Positions 51,457 to 58,889 of a stretch of DNA of 58,889 nt are shown here, one piece after another (the stretch's first letter is position 1; the number at the start of each line of letters is the position of its first letter). Under the pieces are notes generated by a model that did no database searches, was not told the origin of the DNA, and was given only the letters and a program-made list of their open reading frames with translations. The translations under genes and the position numbers were made by a program. Origin of the DNA: Deltaproteobacteria bacterium. GTDB taxonomy: Bacteria > Desulfobacterota > DSM-4660 > Desulfatiglandales > HGW-15. The stretch spans positions 1 through 58,889 of the forward strand of contig JAFDAM010000004.1 in assembly GCA_019313825.1 (NCBI GenBank), written 5' to 3'.

Positions 51457-52821
51457 ATTTCTGACTTCTCTCAAAATCAGAGCCAGATCACTACGTTCCA
51501 TATACTCAAACAGGATCGGAAGCAACTGAGAAGCCAGCTCCGGCTCCACTCCAAGTGGAAAAAGACGGTACTGATTATTCCGTTGCTTGCCAGCGAATAC
51601 ACCGATCCGGCCAACCTTCCCGTGCTTAAAAACATCCTGAAACAACTAAAATATGTCACCTACCTCTCCCAGATCATCTTTGGCCTGGATCGGGCCTCCG
51701 AAGAAGAGGCCATGATGTTGAGGGATCTGATCAAGAGCTACAAGATCAGAAACCATCTGATCCAGTGGAATGACGGCCCGGGGTTCAACAGCATCTACGA
51801 TCAGCTTAACGAGGCAGGGTTTAATATCCAGGAACCTGGTAAGGGCAGAAACATGTTTCTCAGCTTCGGGATCGCAATCGCCCTGGGAGCCGAATCCATC
51901 GGAATTGTGGATGCAGATATCAGGACATTCAAAAAGGTGCAGCTGGATCGATTGTTCTACCCGGTAGTGGTCCTGGATTATGACTTTTCAAAGGCATACT
52001 ATTCCCGTATCATGGAAAGGGCATTATACGGAAGGATAAAAAGGCTTCTACTCGACCCCCTCCTGCTGGCGCTCAAGAGGAAATTCACGGAAAGCAAAGA
52101 AGAAAAGATGCTGCGCCTCATCGATTTTCTGTTAGGGTTCAACTACCAGCTCTCAGGCGAGGTGGCCTTTCATGTTGATCTGTTGAAGAAGATGCGGTTC
52201 GCAACCAACTGGGGCGTGGAGATATTCACCCTGATCGAGGTCTACAGAAAGGCTTCCTCGCCTGCACAGGTGATGTTTGCCCGGGAGCCCTTTGACCATA
52301 AACACCAGGCGGTCTCGCCTGAGGATAAGTCACAGGGGCTCAACCGCATGGCCATCGATATCGTAACAACGCTCATGAACGCCCTGGTCATAGAGGAGGG
52401 TCTGGAGATCTCTGATACCTTCTTTCGTGATCTGGCCATCACCTACCAGGCCGTTGCGGAAGCGCAGGTCAAGAAATATTCCGACGATGCCAGCTTCAGC
52501 AACCTAACCTATGACCGGGACGCGGAGGAGTATATGGTCAGAGAGATCTTCCGGAACTCTATACTCAGCGCAGGGGAACAGCTCACCTCCCCGTACAGGA
52601 TGACGGAGCGGTTCCTGAGACTGGTAAACAGTTATCCCGAGTTCAAGCCTTTCCTGGAAAACGGCCTTGCAGAGGCGGTCATATCGGTTGAGAGCAAGAC
52701 ACAGAAAAGCATATTCGAGACGCCCCAGACCGTTTCATGGGAGCGCGTCGGCAACAAGCTTCCCCAGATTTTCTATGACCTTATAGAGGTCGTTGAAGAA
52801 GAAAAAAGACGTTTTTCCTGA
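51457..52821 (+). CDS. gpgS: Glucosyl-3-phosphoglycerate synthase; probable ATT start
   Basis: (M)SDFSQ..ITTFH N-terminus, GKGRN, DADI, KAYYSR, YGRIKRL, LSGE, WGVEI, DHKHQ. Confidence 0.75.
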   Translation: MSDFSQNQSQITTFHILKQDRKQLRSQLRLHSKWKKTVLIIPLLASEYTDPANLPVLKNILKQLKYVTYLSQIIFGLDRASEEEAMMLRDLIKSYKIRNHLIQWNDGPGFNSIYDQLNEAGFNIQEPGKGRNMFLSFGIAIALGAESIGIVDADIRTFKKVQLDRLFYPVVVLDYDFSKAYYSRIMERALYGRIKRLLLDPLLLALKRKFTESKEEKMLRLIDFLLGFNYQLSGEVAFHVDLLKKMRFATNWGVEIFTLIEVYRKASSPAQVMFAREPFDHKHQAVSPEDKSQGLNRMAIDIVTTLMNALVIEEGLEISDTFFRDLAITYQAVAEAQVKKYSDDASFSNLTYDRDAEEYMVREIFRNSILSAGEQLTSPYRMTERFLRLVNSYPEFKPFLENGLAEAVISVESKTQKSIFETPQTVSWERVGNKLPQIFYDLIEVVEEEKRRFS

Positions 52822-52822
52822 A

Positions 52823-53725
52823 ATGGAGAAAATAACAACCCTGGCAATCTCCATGTCCGACAGAAAAGGACCGGCTTCCGGGGGCAATGATACCCCCTTT
52901 ATTGTTATATTTACAGATCTGGACGGTACGCTGCTGGACCATCACTCCTATGCGTGGGACAAGGCAAAACCGGCCCTTGATACCTGTCGACGTCATCATG
53001 TCCCGGTTATCATGGTATCGAGCAAAACCAGGGCAGAGATGGACGTTCTCCGTAAAAAATTAAACCTCCCTTCCCCCTTCATTTCAGAGAATGGCGGGGG
53101 GATTTTTTTTCCAAAGAAATGTATCGGCAGTGTTCCGCCTGGCACTGTTTTTGTAAAAAATATATGGAAATGGTCGATCGGTACCCCCTATGAAATCCTG
53201 GTCCAGAGTCTTAGGGAGATCCGGGAAAAATTAGGCTGGAAAATTCGGGGCTTTTCGGATATGACTCCGGAAGAGATCTCGCATCTCACCGGCCTGGACC
53301 TGGTGAGTTCAAGACTCGCTGCCATAAGAGAATATGACGAGCCATTCATGATACTGGAACAGGATGATAAGGATATTGATGCCCTTTTTGACGCCGCAAA
53401 ACAGAGGGAACTCCAGATCACCGAGGGAGGACGTTTTTATCACATCCACGGAAAAACCGATAAGGGAGCGGCTGTTAAGAAGGTGATCTCCTGGTATGAG
53501 GAATCCTATCCTCAGGTCTTCACGATCGCCCTTGGAGACAGCCCAAATGATTTCAGTATGCTTAAACAGGTAGATCATCCTATACTGATCCGCTCAAAAC
53601 GGGATTTTCCAGAGATAGCCGAGAGGTTTCAGGGTATGGAGGTCACCCGTGAGACAGGTCCGGAGGGCTGGAACTCTGCGGTCCTGGAGATATTAGGCAA
53701 AATAATTAAGGGAGGTATTTCTTGA
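52823..53725 (+). CDS. gpgP: Glucosyl/mannosyl-3-phosphoglycerate phosphatase (HAD IIB)
   Basis: DLDGTLL, SSKTRAE, ENGG, REYDEP, GGRF, DKG, GDSPND. Confidence 0.85.
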   Translation: MEKITTLAISMSDRKGPASGGNDTPFIVIFTDLDGTLLDHHSYAWDKAKPALDTCRRHHVPVIMVSSKTRAEMDVLRKKLNLPSPFISENGGGIFFPKKCIGSVPPGTVFVKNIWKWSIGTPYEILVQSLREIREKLGWKIRGFSDMTPEEISHLTGLDLVSSRLAAIREYDEPFMILEQDDKDIDALFDAAKQRELQITEGGRFYHIHGKTDKGAAVKKVISWYEESYPQVFTIALGDSPNDFSMLKQVDHPILIRSKRDFPEIAERFQGMEVTRETGPEGWNSAVLEILGKIIKGGIS

Positions 53726-53726
53726 T

Positions 53727-54944
53727 ATGTTTGAAAGTGAAGTTAACCCCGAAAACATAGAAAAGGCTGATCTGATAGTAAGCATCCCGTCCTATAATGA
53801 GGCCGATTCCATAGACTATCCGACCAAGAAGGCGGATGAAGGGCTGACGAAATATTTCCCTGATAAACGCTCTGTGATCATAAATTGTGATAACAACTCC
53901 CCTGACAATACAAAACTGGCATTTCTGGATACACCGACAGAGGTACCCAAGATCTATATCTCCACCCCGCCCGGAGTAAAAGGAAAGGGCAATAATTTCA
54001 AGAACCTTTTTCAGAAGGTGGTCGACCTCCAGGCAGAGGCGATCGTGGTGGTGGATGCCGACCTGAAGAGCATCACCCCGGAGTGGATCAAACACCTGGG
54101 AGAGCCCCTTTTCAGTGATTTCGACTATGTGGCCCCGCTCTATGTTAGGCACAAGTATGACGGCACCATAACCAATGGGATCGCCTACCCCCTGTCGCGG
54201 GCCCTATACGGAAGAAGGGTGCGTCAGCCCATAGGAGGAGACTTCGGCTTCAGGGGATCCCTGGCCAAGGCCTATCTTGAGAGCGAAATATGGGATGAGG
54301 CTGTTGCCAATTTCGGAATAGATATCTGGATGACTACCCTGGCCTTTAATCAATCCGCCCGGGTCTGCCAGTCTTTCATGGGCAGGCCCAAGATCCATAG
54401 ACCAAAGGACCCGGCCGCCGCCCTGGGGCCCATGTTCAGGGAGGTGGTAGGGACCATCTTCACCACGATGCAGAACTTTGAATCTTTCTGGCTGAATGTA
54501 AAATACAGCAGACCCACCTCCATATACGGTTTCGGCCTCGGAGAAGTAGAGATGCCTCCCAAGGTGGATGTGGATACCGAGAAGCTTATTAATAGCTTTC
54601 ATGAGGGATTTGATCAGTATAGCGAGATATGGCAGAAGGTCCTGACCAGCGATGTATACCAGAAAATGCTGGAGATAAAGGGAATGAAAAAGGATGTATT
54701 CACATTTCCCACCGATCTATGGGCAAGGGTGCTATTTGATGTGGCCATCTCTTTCAGGGACTCTGTCCTGGACCGTGATCAGATCATGGATTCCCTGATC
54801 CCCCTCTATTTTGGGAAGACCCTCTCTTTCGTGAAAAAGACCGAAAAGATGTCCATACAGCAGGCAGAAGAGGCGATCGAGGATGATTGCAATACCTTTG
54901 AGATGACAAAACCGTACCTGATTCAGAGGTGGACGGAGGGGTAA
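53727..54944 (+). CDS. Glucosylglycerate synthase (Ggs/Mgs-like glycosyltransferase)
   Basis: IPSYNE, GKG, DADLKSI, RHKYDGTITN, RQPIGGDF, FGIDIWMT. Confidence 0.75.
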   Translation: MFESEVNPENIEKADLIVSIPSYNEADSIDYPTKKADEGLTKYFPDKRSVIINCDNNSPDNTKLAFLDTPTEVPKIYISTPPGVKGKGNNFKNLFQKVVDLQAEAIVVVDADLKSITPEWIKHLGEPLFSDFDYVAPLYVRHKYDGTITNGIAYPLSRALYGRRVRQPIGGDFGFRGSLAKAYLESEIWDEAVANFGIDIWMTTLAFNQSARVCQSFMGRPKIHRPKDPAAALGPMFREVVGTIFTTMQNFESFWLNVKYSRPTSIYGFGLGEVEMPPKVDVDTEKLINSFHEGFDQYSEIWQKVLTSDVYQKMLEIKGMKKDVFTFPTDLWARVLFDVAISFRDSVLDRDQIMDSLIPLYFGKTLSFVKKTEKMSIQQAEEAIEDDCNTFEMTKPYLIQRWTEG

Positions 54945-54951
54945 AAAAGAC

Positions 54952-55047
54952 GCATGGCGCATAGGGCATAGCGCATGGCGAAAAAAAACATACAATCATG
55001 CGTGCCTTACGCCATGCGCTATGCCCTATGCGCTTTGCGCCACGCGC
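54952..55047. repeat. Inverted heptamer arrays between convergent genes
   Basis: Perfect 24-bp inverted repeat 54957-54980/55010-55033 built from GCATAGG/GCATAGC/GCATGGC units. Confidence 0.85.
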
Positions 55048-55054
55048 TTCCCAC

Positions 55055-56419
55055 CTATCTCACCAGCACAATCCTCACATCCATCACATTGGTATTAGTG
55101 GGGCCGGTCATGAGCAGGTCCCCTGTCTTCTCAAGGAAATGATATGAATCGTTCTCCGCAAGATACTCCGAGACATCCAGCCCCCTGTCCCGACCTCTCT
55201 TGACAGTCAGGGGATCCACAATACCGCCAGCCGCATCGGTGGGCCCGTCATTCCCGTCGGTTCCTCCGCTCAGGATAACCACTTGCGGGGGAAGTTCCGT
55301 AATATAAACGGCCGCGGCCAGACAAAACTCCTGGTTTCTGCCTCCCATGCCCCTGCCTTGAATTGTAACCGTGGTCTCTCCTCCCGAGATGATACATGCA
55401 GGGGGATTGAGAGGCATGCCCGTCTTCAGAACCTCCATGGCAATACCGGTATGCACCCTTGCCACATCCCTGGTCTCACCCTCGATCATAGAGGAAAGGA
55501 TAAGACTGTTATACCCCATCTGTTCGGCCTCGTCCCTTGCCGCCGCCAGGGCAAGGATATTGCTCCCGATAATGAAATTTGAGACCGGACCAAATATGGG
55601 GTCTCCGTCTTTCGGTGTATCAGGGATTTTATTCTCTGTCCCGCTCTTAAGGTGTTCCCTCACAGAGTCAGGGATACTGTCTCCCAGCCCGTATCTTTCA
55701 ATAATCTGCCACGACTCCTTAAACATACTCGTGTCAGGGACAAAGGGACCGGATGCGATCACATCCATCCTGTCTCCCACCACATCGGAAAGCATCAGGT
55801 TGACCGTGGTGGCGGGAAAGGCGGCCCTTGCCATCTGCCCCCCCTTGGTGTCAGAGATATGTTTTCTGATACTGTTTATCTCACCTATGCTGGCCCCGCA
55901 TTCAAGAAGGCTTCTGGTCACGGCCTGCTTCTCCGCAAGGCTGATCTGTCCGGCAGGGTGAGGCAGAAGGGCCGAACCACCTCCAGAGATAAGCGAAAAA
56001 ATCAGGTCCTTGTCTCCGGCGCTATTCAGGATATCAAGGATCTTTTTCGTTCCTTCTACGCCGTTCTGGTCCGGCAGTGGGTGATCAGCCTCAATTATCT
56101 CGGTAAAAGAGAGTTTTTCCGTAAATCCGTATTTCACATTGATTACACCCTTATGGATCCTGTCCCCCAGCAGACCCTCCATTGCCCTGGCCATGGGAGC
56201 AGTCGCTTTGCCACCCCCGACAAGAAAGATCCGTTCATACTCCTCCAGGTCCAGCTCCACCTTTTGCTGATCCCCCTGCCCCAAAATGAGCCTGGTCCCA
56301 TCCAGGCGGACAGATCGCCTGACCGCCTCATAGGGGTTGATCGGTTCAAGTGACGCATGAAAGATTTTTAAGGCCTCGGACCGCATCTGACTGAGAAGAT
56401 CGTTGGGCTGAGATGACAT
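55055..56419 (-). CDS. Glycerate kinase (MOFRL/TtuD type)
   Basis: GGGKA, ISGGGSAL, SDVVGD..IASGP, GGETTV, GGRNQE, GTDG, TNTNVMD. Confidence 0.93.
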   Translation of the reverse strand: MSSQPNDLLSQMRSEALKIFHASLEPINPYEAVRRSVRLDGTRLILGQGDQQKVELDLEEYERIFLVGGGKATAPMARAMEGLLGDRIHKGVINVKYGFTEKLSFTEIIEADHPLPDQNGVEGTKKILDILNSAGDKDLIFSLISGGGSALLPHPAGQISLAEKQAVTRSLLECGASIGEINSIRKHISDTKGGQMARAAFPATTVNLMLSDVVGDRMDVIASGPFVPDTSMFKESWQIIERYGLGDSIPDSVREHLKSGTENKIPDTPKDGDPIFGPVSNFIIGSNILALAAARDEAEQMGYNSLILSSMIEGETRDVARVHTGIAMEVLKTGMPLNPPACIISGGETTVTIQGRGMGGRNQEFCLAAAVYITELPPQVVILSGGTDGNDGPTDAAGGIVDPLTVKRGRDRGLDVSEYLAENDSYHFLEKTGDLLMTGPTNTNVMDVRIVLVR

Positions 56420-56756
56420 GGTTATCCCCTTTCATAGTACGCGATTATTATAGGTGTCTATATTACCATGCAATAAATACAAAGTGTAAGGGGAAAAATG
56501 GATGAATGTGAAAGATATAATCAAATACAAAAAGAAAGTGTAGCTTTTAGATAAAACCCGGGAAATCCCAATAACCACAACATCTTGGGGCTTTTTAAAA
56601 AAGCAACCACAACCCTCTTTTTCCCCTCTTTTCCTTCCCCTAAAAGCCCAATATAAATAAAAATACAATATATTGTGTTTTTCCTTGACCTAAACAACAA
56701 TAAGTTGTATAGAAGCACAAGTACCATCAGATTACTCCCTCATGCAAGGTGGATTC

Positions 56757-57545
56757 ATGGCTGAAAAAAGAGAGTTGATGGACAGAAGGCATTTTTTATA
56801 TAAAAGTGCCTATTTTTTTGCAGGAAGCCTGTTGGGCCTGAACAGCTTTTCAAAGGCCCGGGCCTCTGACAGATCTTTTTTCCAACCACGCATCGCCATA
56901 ATCATTGACGATATCGGATTCAGCCGGTCCCGGGTCAGACGGTTTTTGGAACTTGGAGTGCCAATTACATTTGCTGTCCTGCCCCGTCTTACGAAATCTT
57001 CTCTTTTAGCTGAAGAGATCAATGTTCAAGGTCACGAGTTAATGCTCCACCAGCCCATGGAACCCTATGCCTCTGTTCTCGATCCGGGACCAGGCGCCAT
57101 CTATGTGGGAGATGGGGTAAAAAGGATAGCCAATACTATTAATAAAAATATGTCCTCTGTTCCATGTATCACCGGGGTCAACAACCATATGGGTTCCCGT
57201 TTCACTGCATGCCAGAGAGATATGAGCGCAGCCCTTCAAGTCATTAAGCAAAAAGGCCTCTTTTTTATCGACAGTGTCACCTCGAGCCGTTCAACGGCCT
57301 ACCAAACAGCAAAAACCCTCAAGGTGTCAACGGCCTTCAGGAATGTATTCCTGGATAATCGCCGAGAGGAACCGGCCATCCTATCCCAGCTCCATAAACT
57401 TAAGAAACATGCAATGAAATATGGCCATGCCATTGGCATTGGTCACCCCTATCCGGAGACAGCCAGAGCGATCGGCTATTTTACAAGGGATATCAGTGGA
57501 TCAAGAGCGTCCCTGGTGCATGTGTCCAGCCTGACCCCTGCCTGA
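56757..57545 (+). CDS. Divergent polysaccharide deacetylase family protein with Tat-like leader
   Basis: DRRHFL leader; IIIDDIG, LHQPMEP, NNHMGS, FIDS, FLDN, IGHP. Confidence 0.92.
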   Translation: MAEKRELMDRRHFLYKSAYFFAGSLLGLNSFSKARASDRSFFQPRIAIIIDDIGFSRSRVRRFLELGVPITFAVLPRLTKSSLLAEEINVQGHELMLHQPMEPYASVLDPGPGAIYVGDGVKRIANTINKNMSSVPCITGVNNHMGSRFTACQRDMSAALQVIKQKGLFFIDSVTSSRSTAYQTAKTLKVSTAFRNVFLDNRREEPAILSQLHKLKKHAMKYGHAIGIGHPYPETARAIGYFTRDISGSRASLVHVSSLTPA

Positions 57546-57591
57546 GTTCCGGGTACAGGCCCTAATCTGGAAAGCTTTCCGTAACTTTTAG

Positions 57592-57807
57592 CTTTATGCA
57601 ACTTTGATAGAATCCCCCGTGCTGTGCACGAGGATGAATGGCCCTTGGCATTCTCTTTTCGACAGGCGAACTCGTTTATGTGCTAGGGGTCGGCATGGTG
57701 CCTGACGAAACTGTCCCGCTTAAAGCGGGATGAAAAGAGAATCCCGAGGGCCATCGAACTATAATATGATTAAGCGCTGCCCCGCCTTATAGGCGGGGAG
57801 GTTCACT
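57592..57807 (+). mobile_element. 216-bp hairpin-ended element, family A copy 2
   Basis: About 93% identical to 13423-13638. Confidence 0.85.
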
Positions 57808-57830
57808 CATGGCCGGTAAATCGGATATCC

Positions 57831-58598
57831 CTACACATTATGGTCGGGCATGGGGAGGGATCGCAGTCTCTCGATCTCTTCGTTGCATGTGAGATCGTAA
57901 CTGACGGGCGTGATACTGATTCGGTTGTCTTTCAGGGCATTCGCGTCGGCATCGATGACGTCTCCCTCAACCGGTGTCTCTCCGGTGAGCCAGTAATATA
58001 TATTCCCCCTTGGATCGATGCGTCGCTCAAACCTCTCCTTAAACTGGCCCACTCCCTGCCTGGTTATGGAGACGCCCTTGATCTTATCCGCCGGGACAGC
58101 CGGGATATTAACATTCACGGCTGTCCCTTCTTTCAGACCATTCTCCATAATAAACCCAATGATCTCACGACTGAAACGCGCTGCAACTCGAAAATCCGGG
58201 TCCTGCCGAGTATTCAGGGATATGGCAGCAGACCTTACCCCTAAAAACGCCCCCTCAGTGGCCGCGGAGACCGTTCCAGAATATAAGACATTCACGCCCA
58301 CATTGGCGCCTGGATTGATCCCCGATAAAATGATATCAGGAGGCGTCTCAAGCAGCTCCCATACCGCAATCTTTACACAGTCGGCTGGGGTCCCGGTTAC
58401 GCCATAGCCGAAGAACGTCCCGTTTTTATGAACCCTCCGGACCCTCAATGGGGATGTCAGGGTAATGGCATGGCCCACAGCGCTCATCTCCGATTCAGGC
58501 GCCACAATCTCCAGTTTAAAATCTTCATGTAACTCCTGGTAAAGGGCCATCAGACCCGGGGCATGTATCCCATCATCATTGGTCAAAAGAATTTTCAC
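57831..58598 (-). CDS. surE: 5'/3'-nucleotidase SurE
   Basis: ILLTNDDG, GTPADCV, SGINPGAN, YSGTV. Confidence 0.96.
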   Translation of the reverse strand: MKILLTNDDGIHAPGLMALYQELHEDFKLEIVAPESEMSAVGHAITLTSPLRVRRVHKNGTFFGYGVTGTPADCVKIAVWELLETPPDIILSGINPGANVGVNVLYSGTVSAATEGAFLGVRSAAISLNTRQDPDFRVAARFSREIIGFIMENGLKEGTAVNVNIPAVPADKIKGVSITRQGVGQFKERFERRIDPRGNIYYWLTGETPVEGDVIDADANALKDNRISITPVSYDLTCNEEIERLRSLPMPDHNV

Positions 58599-58889
58599 TG
58601 CCTTGCTCCTGCTTTAATTAAGCCTTAGGTCTGTAGTTGTGGGTTTTTTTTGTGGCAAAAAATTTTATGAGAAAATGTGACGCCTTTATAAACAAGGTGC
58701 TGGTTTCTGGATACTGGATTTTCAAAGGATTCTTGTTTGATGCATTCGTAAAAAGCTAACTTATATCGCTTCGCGGCATCCTATGAGAAAGCAAGTCCAC
58801 TGATTTTACATGGCTGTTATCAGTCAATGTAATACAAAACAATATCAGCATGTTACTGCTGTTTTAACAAAATGACTTCCTTGGAAGTC

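Noticed and set aside
1-58889. CRISPR array, tRNA/rRNA, additional selenoproteins, and the many antisense ORFs in the track
   Set aside because: No regularly spaced repeats or RNA gene hallmarks; other UGA stops fall at plausible C-termini; antisense ORFs shadow well-supported genes

Overview
58.9 kb of an anaerobic Desulfobacterota-like (deltaproteobacterial) chromosome; the taxon is inferred from gene content. 1-2.9 kb holds decayed mobile DNA: an EamA transporter, a truncated tyrosine recombinase and an IS1380-like fragment. 2.9-13.4 kb (minus strand) is a radical-SAM/arsenosugar-type cluster: fused glycosyltransferase, DedA, ArsS with an in-frame UGA read as selenocysteine, AhpD-like protein, flavoprotein disulfide reductase, zwf/gnd, HtrA and an MsrP-like molybdoenzyme. 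zupT, mntP and a lone dnaK follow. 18.6-41.2 kb (minus strand) is a large oxygen/peroxide/NO defence region: korAB, ferritin-like proteins, hcp, tpx, TrxR fusion, FTR plus glutaredoxin, Isf-ArsC fusion, flavodiiron protein, FixL-like kinase, rubredoxin, desulfoferrodoxin, rubrerythrin and several Cys-rich microproteins. It lies downstream of a Cys-motif PAS sigma-54 activator. The main observation is that these two clusters, 27.6 kb apart, share an identical 18-bp sigma-54-type promoter and similarly spaced TGAGACA boxes, which suggests one redox regulon. The right part is housekeeping: MFS, PiT/DUF47, rlmE-yebC-ruvCAB, glucosylglycerate genes (gpgS apparently starting at ATT) and surE. Intergenic DNA is rich in MITEs and IS200/IS605-type hairpin-ended elements carrying different structured interiors. 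No rRNA, tRNA or CRISPR array was seen. All family assignments are from motif recognition, with no database search.
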